Positions 26,716 to 39,350 of a DNA stretch of 64,000 nucleotides are shown here, piece after piece. Location: the NCBI GenBank assembly GCA_964234715.1, contig OZ174276.1; one strand, 5' to 3'. The notes beneath the pieces are model-generated. The model was not told the origin of the DNA, ran no database searches, and saw only the letters and a program-made list of their open reading frames with translations. The stretch's first letter is position 1. Each line of letters begins with the position of its first letter. Source of the DNA: Podarcis melisellensis (taxonomy: Eukaryota). The translations under genes were made by a program, and so were the position numbers.

Positions 26716-27619
26716 TATTAGAAGTGTGATTGCACTATAGATGTGCATGAATGGCAGAACAATTTCCAATTGCTTTCCTAATGATCCTCAACATGAATAA
26801 TTTCACAGCAGCTATACATTGGGTTGACATTGGATATTCACCACAACCCCAATGTTCATTTCCAATCATCATCTAGCTTAGGCCCCGTTAGAGTATAAGC
26901 AACATCTGTCCATCTTTTACCCATGTCTATCTTGGCTCTTCCTGGCAGAACTCATGGTTTTGCCAAAGGCTTTTATATTCATAGTGGAATACATATGACA
27001 AGACACACATTGCAAGGATCAGCAGTTGTATGAGAGGTCAAAGACATGGCGAGGTACAAGCTAAGACATTGAAAAAGTGGTGCACACCTTGCACTTTCCT
27101 TTTGAAGGTCAAGGTAGTCACAGCATTTTGCCCCTGTAAGTGGCTGGAGTCCTGAGACTGGGCAGACAAACAGGTACTTCTAGTTGGCTGGCTAAGTGTG
27201 CTGTGCTGCTGGCATCTCCATGTACTAGGAGATGGAGGCAGGGTGGGGAGGCTCCTGTAACAGGAGAAGGTCGCATGGGAACACTCCTCAGCTGGAGAAG
27301 CTGAGGGGGCGTATGTTGAATGAAGGTAATGGGAGGCACTTGTGAGAGTTTGCCTGAGAGGGTGGATCTCTGCCACCCCATGCTCTGGGACCCTCCCCAG
27401 GACCTGACAGTTCTTGTGATTTGGAATCCGTTACCTCCATCCCACTGAGACCCTCTCAAGGTTCTCCAGGTCTAGCTTCCCAAGCTCTTCCCACTTGTTT
27501 CTGCGTCTGGCTGCCACCTCCATTACACCTCCAATGTCCTAATTTTGGAAAGAGAAACCAGGTTGCTGTATTATTATTATTTAATGGCAAGGTACATGGT
27601 ACCGTGTGATCCTTTAGGC

Positions 27620-27735
27620 AGTGGTGTAGCTCAGTGGTTTGTACTCGGAAGGTCCCAGGTAGAACTGGGAATGCACTGTGTGAAATCATGGAAAGCGGAC
27701 AATATTAAGCTAGATTGCCCTATGGACTGTGAATA
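27620..27735 (+). mobile_element. Old tRNA-derived SINE relic
   Basis: GTGTAGCTCAGTGG A-box head, AAGGTCCCAGGT and AAGCTAGAT body; related to 38330-38495 (-) and 39170-39350 (+). Confidence 0.5.
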
Positions 27736-27744
27736 AGTTTAAGG

Positions 27745-27934
27745 CAGAGCTTTCTAAACTTTTCATGTGACACACGTTTTAGACATGCATCATTCTGCAA
27801 CACAGTAATTCAGTTTTACTAGCAAACCAGAGGTTAAACTAACCCCTTTCAGGCCCCAGAAGCATTTGTGTAACACACCTACACACTGCAGCCAACACAT
27901 TAACGTGTTGCGGCACACTGTATGGAAAGCTTTG
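27745..27934. mobile_element. hAT MITE
   Basis: TIRs CAGAGCTTTCTAAAC / GTATGGAAAGCTTTG; perfect 8-bp TSD GTTTAAGG (27737-27744, 27935-27942). Confidence 0.88.
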
Positions 27935-29174
27935 GTTTAAGGTATCTTCTGACATTCTGTGTTCCTGTGTTGTTGTATACTGCTTTAATATTTATGACAT
28001 GTTAAAGATTCTGACTAGAAGGGATGGTAGATTTATGTTCAGTGAGAAAAATGCCCATTTTATGGAAAACAAACAGGCTGCAGTGAGGATTCTGGTGTGG
28101 GGGAGAGAGGTTAGGTGTGGGAGAGAGAGAGAGTTTGTCAAGGAAAGGTAGATTAATAACTGGGTATACTTGGGAAGCTGCCATAAGCACACTAGAGATC
28201 AAGTGATTGAGAAATGAACAGTATAACACTATAAAGTGTTCTACAAAGCTGACTAGTTAGCTCTTGGCTAATTGCCCCCAATCAGGAAGTTTGTTTGTTT
28301 GCTTTAAAAAAAAAAACACTAGTAAGAGAGAAATTGCTTTCTTAGGTGTGCAATTGCTACCGTGTTAGAGAAAGACAAGTTCTGCATACCACATAGACCT
28401 ATGGAAGCTTACTCCTGTTTGCCAGATCTTTCTTAAGGCTGTATTTTAAGTACACTGTTCAGTGACTAGTGCATAGGGATATTTTTAACTTAAGAAGATA
28501 CTGAAATGGGAAATTCCTACATGGAACATTGAGTACAAGAATCAAAGAGTTAATCAAAATATAATATTTAATCTTTTTGGTACAGAGTGGCTAACGACCC
28601 TGAAAATATAAATAAATATATGCTGCAAGAATTGGTTGCCAGAACCAAAGACACTCTGTTCTTCTTTATCTCCTGTGGAGTATAGAGTGTGTGTGCCTGG
28701 CTTTTAAAGATATGTTTTCTGCTATTGCTCCTGCTTGCTGGAAATATTTTGAACATTTCTAAAAGGTCAGTCTGCTCTGCCAGCCATAGCTTGTTATTTA
28801 ATTCAGAATATAATTCAGATGCAAATATACCTTCTTGTATATTATAAAAATGATTAGGAATCAGAAAATTATTTTTAAAGGGCAGGCATTTTAAAATAGA
28901 GATCCAGCAGGTTGTGCCGCAGTTTGCAGAACTGGCTATTGCATGAATAGCCGCCACGTTCCAGTAAGCTGAGAAGCCTGGCCCTTGTGTGTGCTTTTTG
29001 TGGGGCAATAGCCACGAAATGGGTACAATGTCCAAATGACAAAGGCAGGTAGATTTATGCCTGAACATTTGGGTGGACTCAAATATCATTTGACTTGATC
29101 ACAGTTGATCCCATGCAACTTGATCACAAGTATCACAGTTGGTCATTTTATTCTGGTTGGTTGCCATTAGTCTA

Positions 29175-29528
29175 GGTAAAGGTAAAGGTACCCCTGCCCG
29201 TACGGGCCAGTCTTGCCAGACTCTGGGGTTGTGCGCCCATCTCACTCAAGAGGCCAGGGGCCAGCGCTGTCCGAAGACACTTCCGGGTCACGTGGCCAGC
29301 GTGACATCGCTGCTCTGGCGAGCCAGAGCTGCACACGGAAACGCCGTTTACCTTCCCGCTAGTAAGCGGTCCCTATTTATCTACTTGCACCCGAGGGTGC
29401 TTTCGAACTGCTAGGTTGGCAGGCGCTGGGACTGAAAGACGGGAGCGCACCCCGCCGCGGGGATTCGAACCGCCGACCTTTCGATCGGCAAGTCCTAGGC
29501 GCTGAGGCTTTAACCCACAGCGCCACCC
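29175..29528 (-). mobile_element. Sauria SINE (young, full length)
   Basis: Reverse complement of the 26353 type; TSD GCCATTAGTCTA (29163-29174, 29529-29540). Confidence 0.96.
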
Positions 29529-29645
29529 GCCATTAGTCTACACAGCTTTAAATGGAGATCCAAGTACAATCAGATTGACTCTTGCCTTTTGGCAGATGTG
29601 ATATTTGGTTGTGTCAGCTAAAATTAAACTCCCTCCCTCAATTCG

Positions 29646-30034
29646 TTGTTTTTTTAAAAAATTAAATATTTATTGGGTTTTATAACAAATAAAAATTGCG
29701 AATCTCATTCAGAAAAATATATACAAATGTTCTACCTCTCCTCCTTCAGACTTCGCTCAACTCCCCCTCTACTGAGTTACTTGGTTTTGTTTATTGTATC
29801 CTGCTTTGTATCAAAATAAATTCTTTTATCATTCTCTAAAATGTCTGTTACTATAATAAAGTTGTGAACGTTTATTCAAACCCTGCCAGTGAGTCCAGTC
29901 CATTTTGTTGTTTCTGCAAATAAACTGTAAATGGTTCCCAAACTCTAATTTTAAAGTCCTTTTTTGTCCTCCTCTCTTAGTTTATCCGTTAGCTTAGCCA
30001 GCTGTGCAGAACTATGCGGAATTGGCTAAGCAAA
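29646..30034 (-). mobile_element. L1-clade LINE 3' end with inverted 5' junction
   Basis: PolyT and TTTATT at the left; minus-strand AQLAKLTDKLRE...WEPFTVYLQKQQNGLDSLAGFE*; 13-bp TSD CTCCCTCAATTCG (29633-29645, 30035-30047). Confidence 0.8.
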
Positions 30035-30691
30035 CTCCCTCAATTCGGATTAGATTTTCATTTCTTCTTCTTCTTCTTTATCTTTACCTCTAGACTGAAA
30101 AACCTAATTGGAATTTATTTTTCAAGTAGCAACAGCCTTCAGTATTTCATTCCATGACCTGTAAACTTTTCCTTAACTAAACCAAACCAACTCTTGCAAA
30201 CAACTGAAAAGTCTTGATGAAGTTCTTTAAGACAAAGATCTAAAACTTTATTGTACCATGTATCCCCAGAGTTGCTGCACTGACGGTGCCTCCTCTTCTT
30301 GCGGGAGAACCTGGAGTTCATGCAGGACCAATTTGTAGCTCTTTCTGGAGACACTACTGTGACAAAGATAGTAGCTTCATTTGTGCAAAGGTTGTTGCAA
30401 ATGTTCTCCTATGAACATGTTTGATGCAAAAGTAGTAATTTGGGGGAGCTGTGTGTGTGATTTATATACCACCTTTCTGCCAAGGCACCTGAGGGACAAT
30501 TTAAAAATGTTGAAAAATTCCTGTGAGGGTCCTGGTTCTAGCCTTGGTGGCCTGGGAGGTTCTTCTGCGGTCTCCTGTCTGGTAGTCTCAAATGCAGTGA
30601 TCCTGATGTGCATCAGACCTAGAGCCCAGAACTTGGTCTGGCTCCTTAACTGGAGAGTCTGTGGTCTTTGAGTAATGTCTTGATCCCTGAC

Positions 30692-32078
30692 TAATGGTTC
30701 CTCACCCTACTGTAAAAAAAGTGACAAGTGGGGTGCTGCAGGGCTCTGCCCTGCACCCATCGTTGTTGCATGTCCTTATAAATTATTTGGATGAATATAT
30801 TGAGGGACTACTCATCCAATTTGCAGATGAAACAAAATTGATAGGGGTAGCCAATGCAGCAGAAGAGAGAATCAGGATTCAAGATGGATTAACAGATTGG
30901 AGAACAGGGCCAAAACTAATATAATGAATTTAAATGGGGGGAAATGTACGGTTCTACACTTAGGCAGGAAAAACCAGTTGCACAAATATAAGATTGGGGG
31001 GGGGCACCTGACTTGCCAGTAGTACATGAGAAAAGGATCCAGGAGTCTTAGTAGACCACAAGCTTAGCATGAGTCAACAGTGTGATGCAGGAGCAAAAAA
31101 AGCTAATGTCATTCTAGGCTGCATCAACAGAAGTATTGTGCCCAGCTCAAAGAAGTAATAAAGGTAAAGGTAAAGGTACCCCTGCCCGTACGGGCCAGTC
31201 TTGACAGACTCTGGGGTTGTGCACCCATCTCACTTAAGAGGCCAGGGGCCAGCGCTGTCCGGAGACACTTCCGGGTCACGTGGCCAGCGTGACAAAGCTG
31301 CATCTGGTGAGCCAGCGCAGCACACGGAAACGCCATATACCTTCCCGCTAGTAAGTGGTCCCTATTTATCTACTTGCACCTGGGGATGCTTTCGAACTGC
31401 TAGGTTGGCAGGCGCTGGGACCGAGCAACAGGAGTGCACCCCGCCGCGGGGATTCGAACCACCGACCTTTCGATCGGCAAGCCCTAGGCGCTGAGGCTTT
31501 AACCCACAGCGCCACCCGTGTAATAGTCCTGCTCTATTCTGCCTTGTTCAGACCACACCTGGAGTACTGTGTCCAGTTCTGTGCACAATTTAAGAAGAAC
31601 ATGGAAAACCATTGAAAACCTAGAACATGTGCAGAGTAGGGCGACCAAGACCCTATGAAGCCTTATGAAACCAAGCCTTATGAAGAACAGTTGAGGGAGT
31701 TGGTTATGTTTAGCCTAGAAAAGAGAAGGCTGAAAGGAAATATGATAGCCATATTCAAATATCTATAGGACTGACACAATAAAGATGGAGCAAGCTTGTT
31801 TTCTCCTGCTCTGGAGGTTTTGAACGAATGGATTAAAGTTACAAGAAAGGAGATCCCAACTAAACATCAGGGAGAACCTTCAGACAGTAAGAGCACTTCA
31901 ACAGTGGAATTGTCTCCCTCAGGAGGTGATGGACTTCCTTCCTTGAAGGTTTTTAAGTAGACATTTGATAGTCATTTTTCATAGATGCTTTAGTTGAGAT
32001 TCCTGCACTGCACGGGGTTAGACTAGATGACCCTTTGGGTACCTTCCAGCTCTACAATAATATGATTCTATGATTCCA
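30692..32078 (+). mobile_element. CR1 LINE 3' part (RT domain to 3' UTR), interrupted by a Sauria SINE
   Basis: VTSGVLQGSAL...INYLDEYIEGLLIQFADETKL; LYSALFRPHLEYCVQF; TATGATTCTATGATT tail. Confidence 0.95.
31161..31519 (-). mobile_element. Sauria SINE (young) nested in CR1
   Basis: Full-length reverse complement with (AAAGGT)n; TSD GTAATA (31155-31160, 31520-31525). Confidence 0.95.
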
Positions 32079-32759
32079 TAGAAAGAACTTAACCATTACC
32101 CAAAAGATCAGGAATATATTGGCCTTGCAAACCTCCCATTCAGATACTCACTGGTATTTGGGTAGAATTAATTCTACCAACATTTCTGCTATAAATGTTT
32201 TACATTCATTTGCACACCTTCAGTTCAAGGTAGTTGTTCACTGCTAATACACTTTTTTATCTCTTGTTACAAAATTGGATAACTACTATCAGGGTTATGC
32301 ATATTTCTATGTGTTAATTATTACTGAGATTAAATGAGTGGTTTGTAAGGGTTTTTTGTGCTTATGAATGGGATGTTGATTTCAGTTAATTAATATTACT
32401 CCTTTAGCAAGTTAATTTTAATCATCACAACAGCAGTGCTTCTCTGTAAAGAGAGGTGGCACATGCAACTAGCAAACTCAGTGGGAAGCGGAACACTTAC
32501 TCAGAGGAAGCTAACAAAAGTCATCTGGCTATGAAAACAGAATCTTAAATACACCATATGTTTTGTTGTTTTGATCTTGCAATTCCTCACAAGTTCTTCA
32601 ACAATACTAGTTTTAACCAAACATAAACACCATACACATAATATTAAGTGTCCCAGGGCCATGCACACATAATTAAAGCAGTACATAATCAGAGAGCTGC
32701 TTATTTCCTGTAAGTTAGGGCCAAGCTGGATGTGCTGATAAATGTGTTATTAGCAACCA

Positions 32760-32762
<3 letters not shown>

Positions 32763-32809
<47 letters not shown>
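32763..32809. repeat. (AAT)n microsatellite
   Basis: Direct sequence. Confidence 0.98.
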
Positions 32810-35715
32810 GGCAATGGGTGCAAGTCACCTTTATTGCAGTAGTTTTCATTTTAATTAGTAATTTCAGTTTTAATTGCATTAGCTTCCCCTCAAAAAACTG
32901 GTTCTGCCATCTTTTCAAATATTATTCTTAATGAACATTAACAGCAAAGCAACCAACCAATGTACCAACCTACCTTTAGTAGGGTTAAGATTTTTTGAAA
33001 ACACACAGAGAAAAGAGAACAGCAACACTTTTGCAAGATCCCAGAAAGTAGATTCACAGTGCATGTGTAGGGAGTAAGGAGGCCAGTTACATGAGATTAC
33101 TGTGGGAATGAAAATTAGATTATTGTTGTAAAGAGAGCAAGCTAATGGACTACATGTTTCTAAGTTAATTTTAATACTTACAGCATACAATGTAATTCTG
33201 AGTGTTCTGAAACCACTAGCTGGAGCATAATGGTTAATCTTCAGTAAGTGGTTGCTAGTAAGGTATGTGCAGTAAATATTAATGAAGTGATTCTGCAGAC
33301 TTTTAAATGGTGCTTTCCAGTGTTAAGGATGTTCTGAAAAAGGAAAGTGTCATCCTGGATTTTCATTTCCAGATAGACATAGGTAACCTTGTTGTTTAAC
33401 TGTACCTTTGCAACTTAGGACATTGCAGTGCTTTTGTCCTGTTTAATAAGTTTTGTTCTCTCATCAATCATGAATACTGTAAGCCATTCTTCATAAAATG
33501 GTGGAAGGGGAAATTTACTTTCTTATCTTGTGATTAGGTAGAGGCTAAGATGCCCTGGGTGTGGAATGGAGTAGCCTGCATTCAGGAGGACTAATCTCTT
33601 TTCAGAATCATGGAAATAGATGTAAAACAGGAGAATTATTTCTCAATAACTTGTGCATATAATAGTCATGGAAAAACATGCTAGTAGGACCTGGGTGATT
33701 ATAAAATTCCTTATCTGAATCAGACATCCTGCCTCCCCATTGTCTCCATGAGCATGCAAGGCTTTTTGGGAATGAAGCTACCCATATTGGCCAGGAGAAA
33801 GCCTTTGGGGACAGAGGCAGTAGCAGCAAGAGATTTAACTTGTGGCAGCTGCCTCCCACCACTTGTATTTGTCTCTTCCCATCACCTGCCAAGCACAAAC
33901 CTGGTCCACTACAAAGTGGAGAGGTGTGATGAGGAAAGAAGTCTGATGTGACATGCAGTAATCCCTTTTTTAAAAGGCCTCTGCTCTGCCCCCTCCGGGG
34001 ATGGCAGGGCGGCATATGGAAACAAGTAGGGCCCTGCAAAATCCCATGTGTGACTAGGCGTCCCTTGTCATTCTGGAGCTGGCAGTCCCAACCCACAAAT
34101 TGCACCCCATTGCAAAGAAGTACACAGAACTGTAAGTTACAGTATTCTAATTAAGAGTGGGGCATGAGGAGCAGAGTTCTGAGTGAGGAGGCTTAGAAAG
34201 TGGGAATCACAGGGCCTCCCCACATCGCAACCCCATACAATGTCTTTAGATATGAGTAGCTGAATGCAATCTGGTTGCTTCCTTTCTGCCCCAAGGTATA
34301 ATTATACATTCTAATTGCAGGTTGCCCCTTTATGAGGTGTCTTTTCATCTTCCAGAACAGCAAATTTGCATGGCATGATGTTATTCAGTCAGTGGGTCAG
34401 TAGCAGAAGATGAGGTCTACATGGAATCTAATAGGGTGTGTAATTTAGCTACAAATAGAGGTTTATTATTTCCTTTTAACCTGTTAGAATATTCTAACTG
34501 CTTTCTTGAATCATATTTACTGCTATATCCACTGTGCATACCCAAACACTCCCCTTTGTTTTTTATCTGAACCTTCCCATTCACTGAAATCAATATATTT
34601 TAATGCATACAATAAACAAGAATAAAGTGTTTTGGATTGGTACTAGGACTCAATGCTGATAGAAAAGGAATGATGTGGCAGAGACCATATAGTGGACAAC
34701 AGGGAAAAGCGATTATGTATATTTGGGGGGGGGGTGTTGCTAATTTTCCTCCGCTTGCTTTTCAATTTCCTTTTGACCCTTTCTAAAGAGGGCTCCAGAT
34801 AGAGGAAGGGAGAAGGGAAATATTCAGACACTCAACCGTTAAATGAAAAATAGCCTTTGAGTGGTCTGGTCAGACTCCCAAAGTTCGTTTGTATCCTGGA
34901 GATGATGGGAAGAAACCTGAGCATCAGATGAGGATCCAGATGCTCAGCATGACACAGTCTAGGGAATGTACCACCATGCAGCTGCCAAGAATGAGACACA
35001 GTTGATGCTGATGAGTGAAAAGATTCTACAGATTGCAGGATGCTTTAGAATAAGGCTTGGTGACTGAAGTTTTGCTGCAGTTACAGAAAAAGGCAGCATA
35101 ATACCCAATCTGTCTTATCTTCTTCTTTTTTTTAAAAAAAAAAGTCTTACATTTCTTAATTCCATCACTATAAGGTTGTGTTGCATTCCATGGACAATCA
35201 ATCACAACTTAAAATTAATCCATAACTTCACAATTGCTCTTAAATCTGCCTAATCAGTGTAAATTCTAGCCATATTATTTTCTGCTGTCTCCAGTAATGA
35301 TTTGCATGCAATTCACATGATGCTGCTTGGCTCACAAAATTCATATTTTATGATAGCACTGACATTGTATTTGATTGTTTTAGTTTAAAGGTGGGATGTC
35401 CTACTCTTGTATAGAAAAGGGGAAGGCATTGTGTCACCTTTTGAGTCATACATTTCAGCATTAAAAGCCTTTCTCTTTAGACAGAGTTATGCATGTAGTT
35501 CTGGATCTCCTAAAAGGCCCCTGTAAAATTACAAATTTGCAGTGATAATTTTTGGTAAACTGTACTCATTAATTGTCATCCATTTAAGCTATTTGTGACC
35601 CTTAGATTCCTTATATGGCATACCAGTCAGGACAATTTAGAAATAAACACACACCACAACACACTTGTTTTAAAATGATTTCATTTAAATGGAAATGAAT
35701 GGCATGTGTACCTCC

Positions 35716-36092
35716 AGGAACATGGGTAGTGCTGTGGTCTAAAACACTGAGCCTCTTGGGCTTGCTGATTGGAAGGTCGGCAGTTCAAATCCCCATGGCG
35801 GGATGAGCTCCCGTTGCCCTGTCCCAACTCCTGCTAACCTAGCATTTTGAAAGCATGCCAGTACAAGTAGATAAATAGGTATCGCTATGGCGGGAAGGTG
35901 AACAGCATTTCCATGTGCTCTGGCACTTGTCACGGTCATCCATGCACCAGTAGTGGTTTAGTCATGCTGGCCACATGACCTGGAAAACTGTCTGTGGACA
36001 AACGTCGGCTCCCTCGGCCTGAAATGAGCACTGCAACCCCATAGTCCCCTTTGACTGGACTTAACCATCCAGGGTCCTTTACCTCTACCTCT
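35716..36092 (+). mobile_element. Sauria SINE (older subfamily)
   Basis: GTGCTGTGGTCTAAAACACTGAGCCTCTTGGGCTTGC..., CAAGTAGATAAATAGGTA core, CCTTTACCTCTACCT tail; CpGs decayed. Confidence 0.88.
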
Positions 36093-37240
36093 ATTTTCTA
36101 ACCAGTAACTAAATTAATTTCATAAAAAGGAAATACAATGATTAATTACTGTTTTTCTTTAAGAATGTTGCTTTTATGTGCTACAATCTTAATATTTTAC
36201 CCCTTTGTAAATGCTGTGGGATTTGCTTATGGGGGTAGGTGCATGGCAGTGTCACCTTGCTGCTAATTCCCAAGTTATTTACTTTCCTTGGGTAACAAGA
36301 ACAAACCTACTGAGAAATGACCCAATATTAAGATGGATACTCCATGCAATCTACCTCACTTTTTCAGTCTACTTCCTGATACATTGTATTAATAGGCATT
36401 TTTCAAAGAAGGTAAACTAAAGGTGGCTCGGAATCTAAAACAAGTCTAATACTTTGGCCAATTAGGAATAAGTGGTGTAATAAGCTATAAGTATTGATAG
36501 ATATATGCTCATTTCACTTGGACTTCCTTGACAAAGTTTTGTTTCTAAAGTGTATTTTAGAAAAGTATACTTATATGGAACCAGCTGAATAATGATGGAA
36601 AATGTATAGTTCTGGGGCAATTCACCACACTGCCTTTGCGACTGTAGGAGGCCTCCTGATTATATGTAAAACATAGTCTGGCTTCTAAGACAACATAAAT
36701 TGGTTTGCATGCCAATTTATCACACCAATTCCCCCATGGGAATTGGGGGCTACCGTTAAACACACATACACACAAACTTTTTAACATGGAATCACTGCAT
36801 AGATGAAATGAATGATACAGTAAAGTCAAGTAAGCCACATCTATTTGCAAGTTCAGTAAAAAACAACAACAAAAAACCCCACTTTATATCTTGCTTGGAG
36901 GCTTTACTTATCTGTTGCACTAACAATATATTATGATGCAGTTCCCATGTTTTGTTTGCAAACATGTCACCTTGGCAACCTTAAGAAAAACTGCTCTTTA
37001 AAATCACTTCTAACATTACTAAGTCGCGTGTTTTCTCTCAGAAAACACAAGCTTTTGTCAAGGTTAGAGGACCCATAGTGTAGGAAGGGTAAACCACAAG
37101 TTTATGCAGTGGCTGAATTTCCTCACATTGTTTCAGAGACATTGGCACATGTCCTATGCTGATCCTTGGCTGTTCTTTTTATTTAACTGAAATTATGTAT
37201 TATGGATCTGATTATGACCTTGCTGAAGATGTAATCAAGT

Positions 37241-37241
<1 letters not shown>

Positions 37242-37278
<37 letters not shown>

Positions 37279-37390
37279 TTTATATCCCACCCTCCGCAGC
37301 CAAACCGGGCTCAGGTCAGCTAACATCAAAGTATATAATACATTAAAACATAAAATCCAGCAATTGACTGAAATACAGCTTAAAATCAGT
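37242..37390 (-). mobile_element. L2-type 3' end with (AAT)n tail
   Basis: Reverse complement resembles the 55195-55262 terminus (GTTAG...CTGAGCCCGG...GGTGGGATATAAA(ATT)n). Confidence 0.7.
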
Positions 37391-37480
37391 TTGTGCCAAT
37401 CACTGTTTGGAGAGCAAACTTTTAAGTTCCATCATGGAAGAAAGTCAGGGAAGAAACAAAACAAACCACATGTATACAAT

Positions 37481-37862
37481 AATAGAACTGTGGAGTTGGA
37501 AGGGACCCCAAGGGTCATCTACTCTAACCCTGTGCAATGCAGGAATCACAGCTAAAGAACCTCTGGCAATGTCTGTCCAATCTACACAGATACACACACA
37601 GCCCTTTGTCATAGATGCTTTAGTTGAGATTCCTGCATTGCAAGGGATTGGGCAGATAACCCCCGGGGTTCCTTCCAACTGTACGTGATTCTATGACACA
37701 CTGTTTAAAACCTTCAGTGAAAGAGGGTCCATCACCTTCCAAGGTAGTCTGTTCTACCGTTGTACCCCTTACTGTCAGAAAGTTTTTCCTAATGCTTAGT
37801 CACTATCTCTTTTCCTGTAATCTGAATCCATTGGTTCAAGGCCTACCATCTGGAGCTGCAGA
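37481..37862 (-). mobile_element. CR1 3' fragment containing a nested, oppositely oriented CR1 3' end (about 37585-37697, +)
   Basis: Minus CR1 3' UTR 37481-37582 resumes at about 37700 (TTTAAAACCTTCAG...GTCAGAAAGTTTTTCCTAATG); the insert ends in GTGATTCTATGA. Confidence 0.85.
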
Positions 37863-38329
37863 ATCTGGCACTTGCATGCGGTGCCTCTGTTTAAATCCCT
37901 GCATATCTCCATATCTGCTTCTAGAAGCTGGTGCAGCAAAATAGAAGAAGACGAAATCTCACCCACCTTCTGACTTAGAATGCAAGGATTGCTCCAACCC
38001 CCTCGGATTTCCTGGGGTCTTAATGTCTAGCTTTATCAAACATTGTGCCTGTTTTAGGTGTTAGTAGCTACACAAATCTATTCCTTCCCGTTAGTGCATA
38101 ATTGGACATGGAAAATAAAATAACAGAATAACAAAAGCCTTTGACTGCATCTGTACTCCACATACTGAACTGGAGGAAGAATAACATATTTGGACAATCA
38201 TTGAATCTTGTAAAAGAAAACAAAAAACCCAAACCTGTAGGCCATTATGTTCGAAATAATATCTTACTCTTGTTTGTTGTTCAACAGAAGAATGAGAAAG
38301 AAAATTGAATTAATTGAAATGAATCAGAA

Positions 38330-38495
38330 AACTGTCTTATACCAAGTCACTCCTTGGTCCATCTAGCTCAATATAGTCTGCACTAACTTCCAATGGCTCA
38401 CCTGAGTTTCAGATACAGTAGCTTTTCCAGCCTAACTGAATATGCTGAGAATTGGACTTGGGGACCTTCTGCTTTCAAGTTAGATTCTTTACCAC
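38330..38495 (-). mobile_element. Old tRNA-derived SINE relic
   Basis: CTTATACCAAGTCA...GGTCCATCTAGCTCAATAT...GGGACCTTCTGC, reverse complement of the 39170 type. Confidence 0.55.
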
Positions 38496-39169
38496 TTTGA
38501 AATATTTGTAGAAAAATCACATTACTTTTAGTTATGTATATGTGGAACGCATTACGTAAAATGTGGAGAATCATCTGCTATTGGACAACTCCAATTTCTT
38601 GTTTGGTAATAGCTGAGCCACAGGTGAACACTCTTGATAAATTCAAATATTTTTTTTTTTTTAAAAAAAAATATCTGCCAGTTAATTGACTTAACTAATT
38701 AGCAGCACAGCTTACCAAGCATGTCTATTAATTTAGGCAGGGCTGGCCCACCCATGAGGCAGGCGGGGGCAGCCATCTCAGGCAGTGGAACACCATGGGT
38801 GCTCCACTGCCTCTGCTGCTGGGGAAGTGATGGTGGCGGCAGCTTCTGATGATATCTCACCCAAGTCTCATGAAATCTTGTGCACTCCATGAGCTCTCGT
38901 GAGATCGCATTGGAACCCACTGTTGCTGCTTTGCGGGCAGCACCACATGACCTAGGCAAGGAAGGCTTTGGTGGGTTGGGGTGGCACCTTCACATTTCAC
39001 CTCAGGTAAGGAAGCCCCAGAATTTAGGTCAGATCCACATCTTTTAAATAGATAAATAAACAACCCTAATTACGGTAACTAAGTAAAGGCAAGACTGCAA
39101 ATTCCCAGGTGCCCCAGATGACTAAGTTTCATTGGCTTCTCTAAGGTATTTCTCATACTCCTATGAATC

Positions 39170-39350
39170 ATGGGGCTAGACCTGAGGAGAAGAGCACATA
39201 CCTTGCATACAGAAAGTCCCAGTTTCAATGCCTGGGGCCTCCAGGTAAGCCTGGGAATAATTCCTGCCTGAAACCCCAAAGAGCCTCTGGCACTCAGACA
39301 AATACAGAGCTAGATGGACTAGTATTCTCACTTGTAATATGGCAGGGTCC
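39170..39350 (+). mobile_element. Old tRNA-derived SINE relic
   Basis: AGAGCACATACCTTGCATACAGAAAGTCCCAGTTTCAAT tRNA-like head; GAGCTAGATGGAC body. Confidence 0.55.

Larger units (their letters stand above)
25084..26880 (-). mobile_element. Older CR1 LINE relic hosting nested L1 and SINE insertions
   Basis: 3' UTR CTGTTGGATCAGACCAAAGCCCATCTAGTCCAGCATTCTG is the reverse complement of the type at 61500-61765; CR1-like sequence resumes after each insertion. Confidence 0.7.

Noticed and set aside
34917-34947. Short hairpin CTGAGCATC...GATGCTCAG (also 47269-47294 and about 46771-46839)
   Set aside because: Too short or irregular for a pre-miRNA, no known mature miRNA recognised; likely chance or MITE debris
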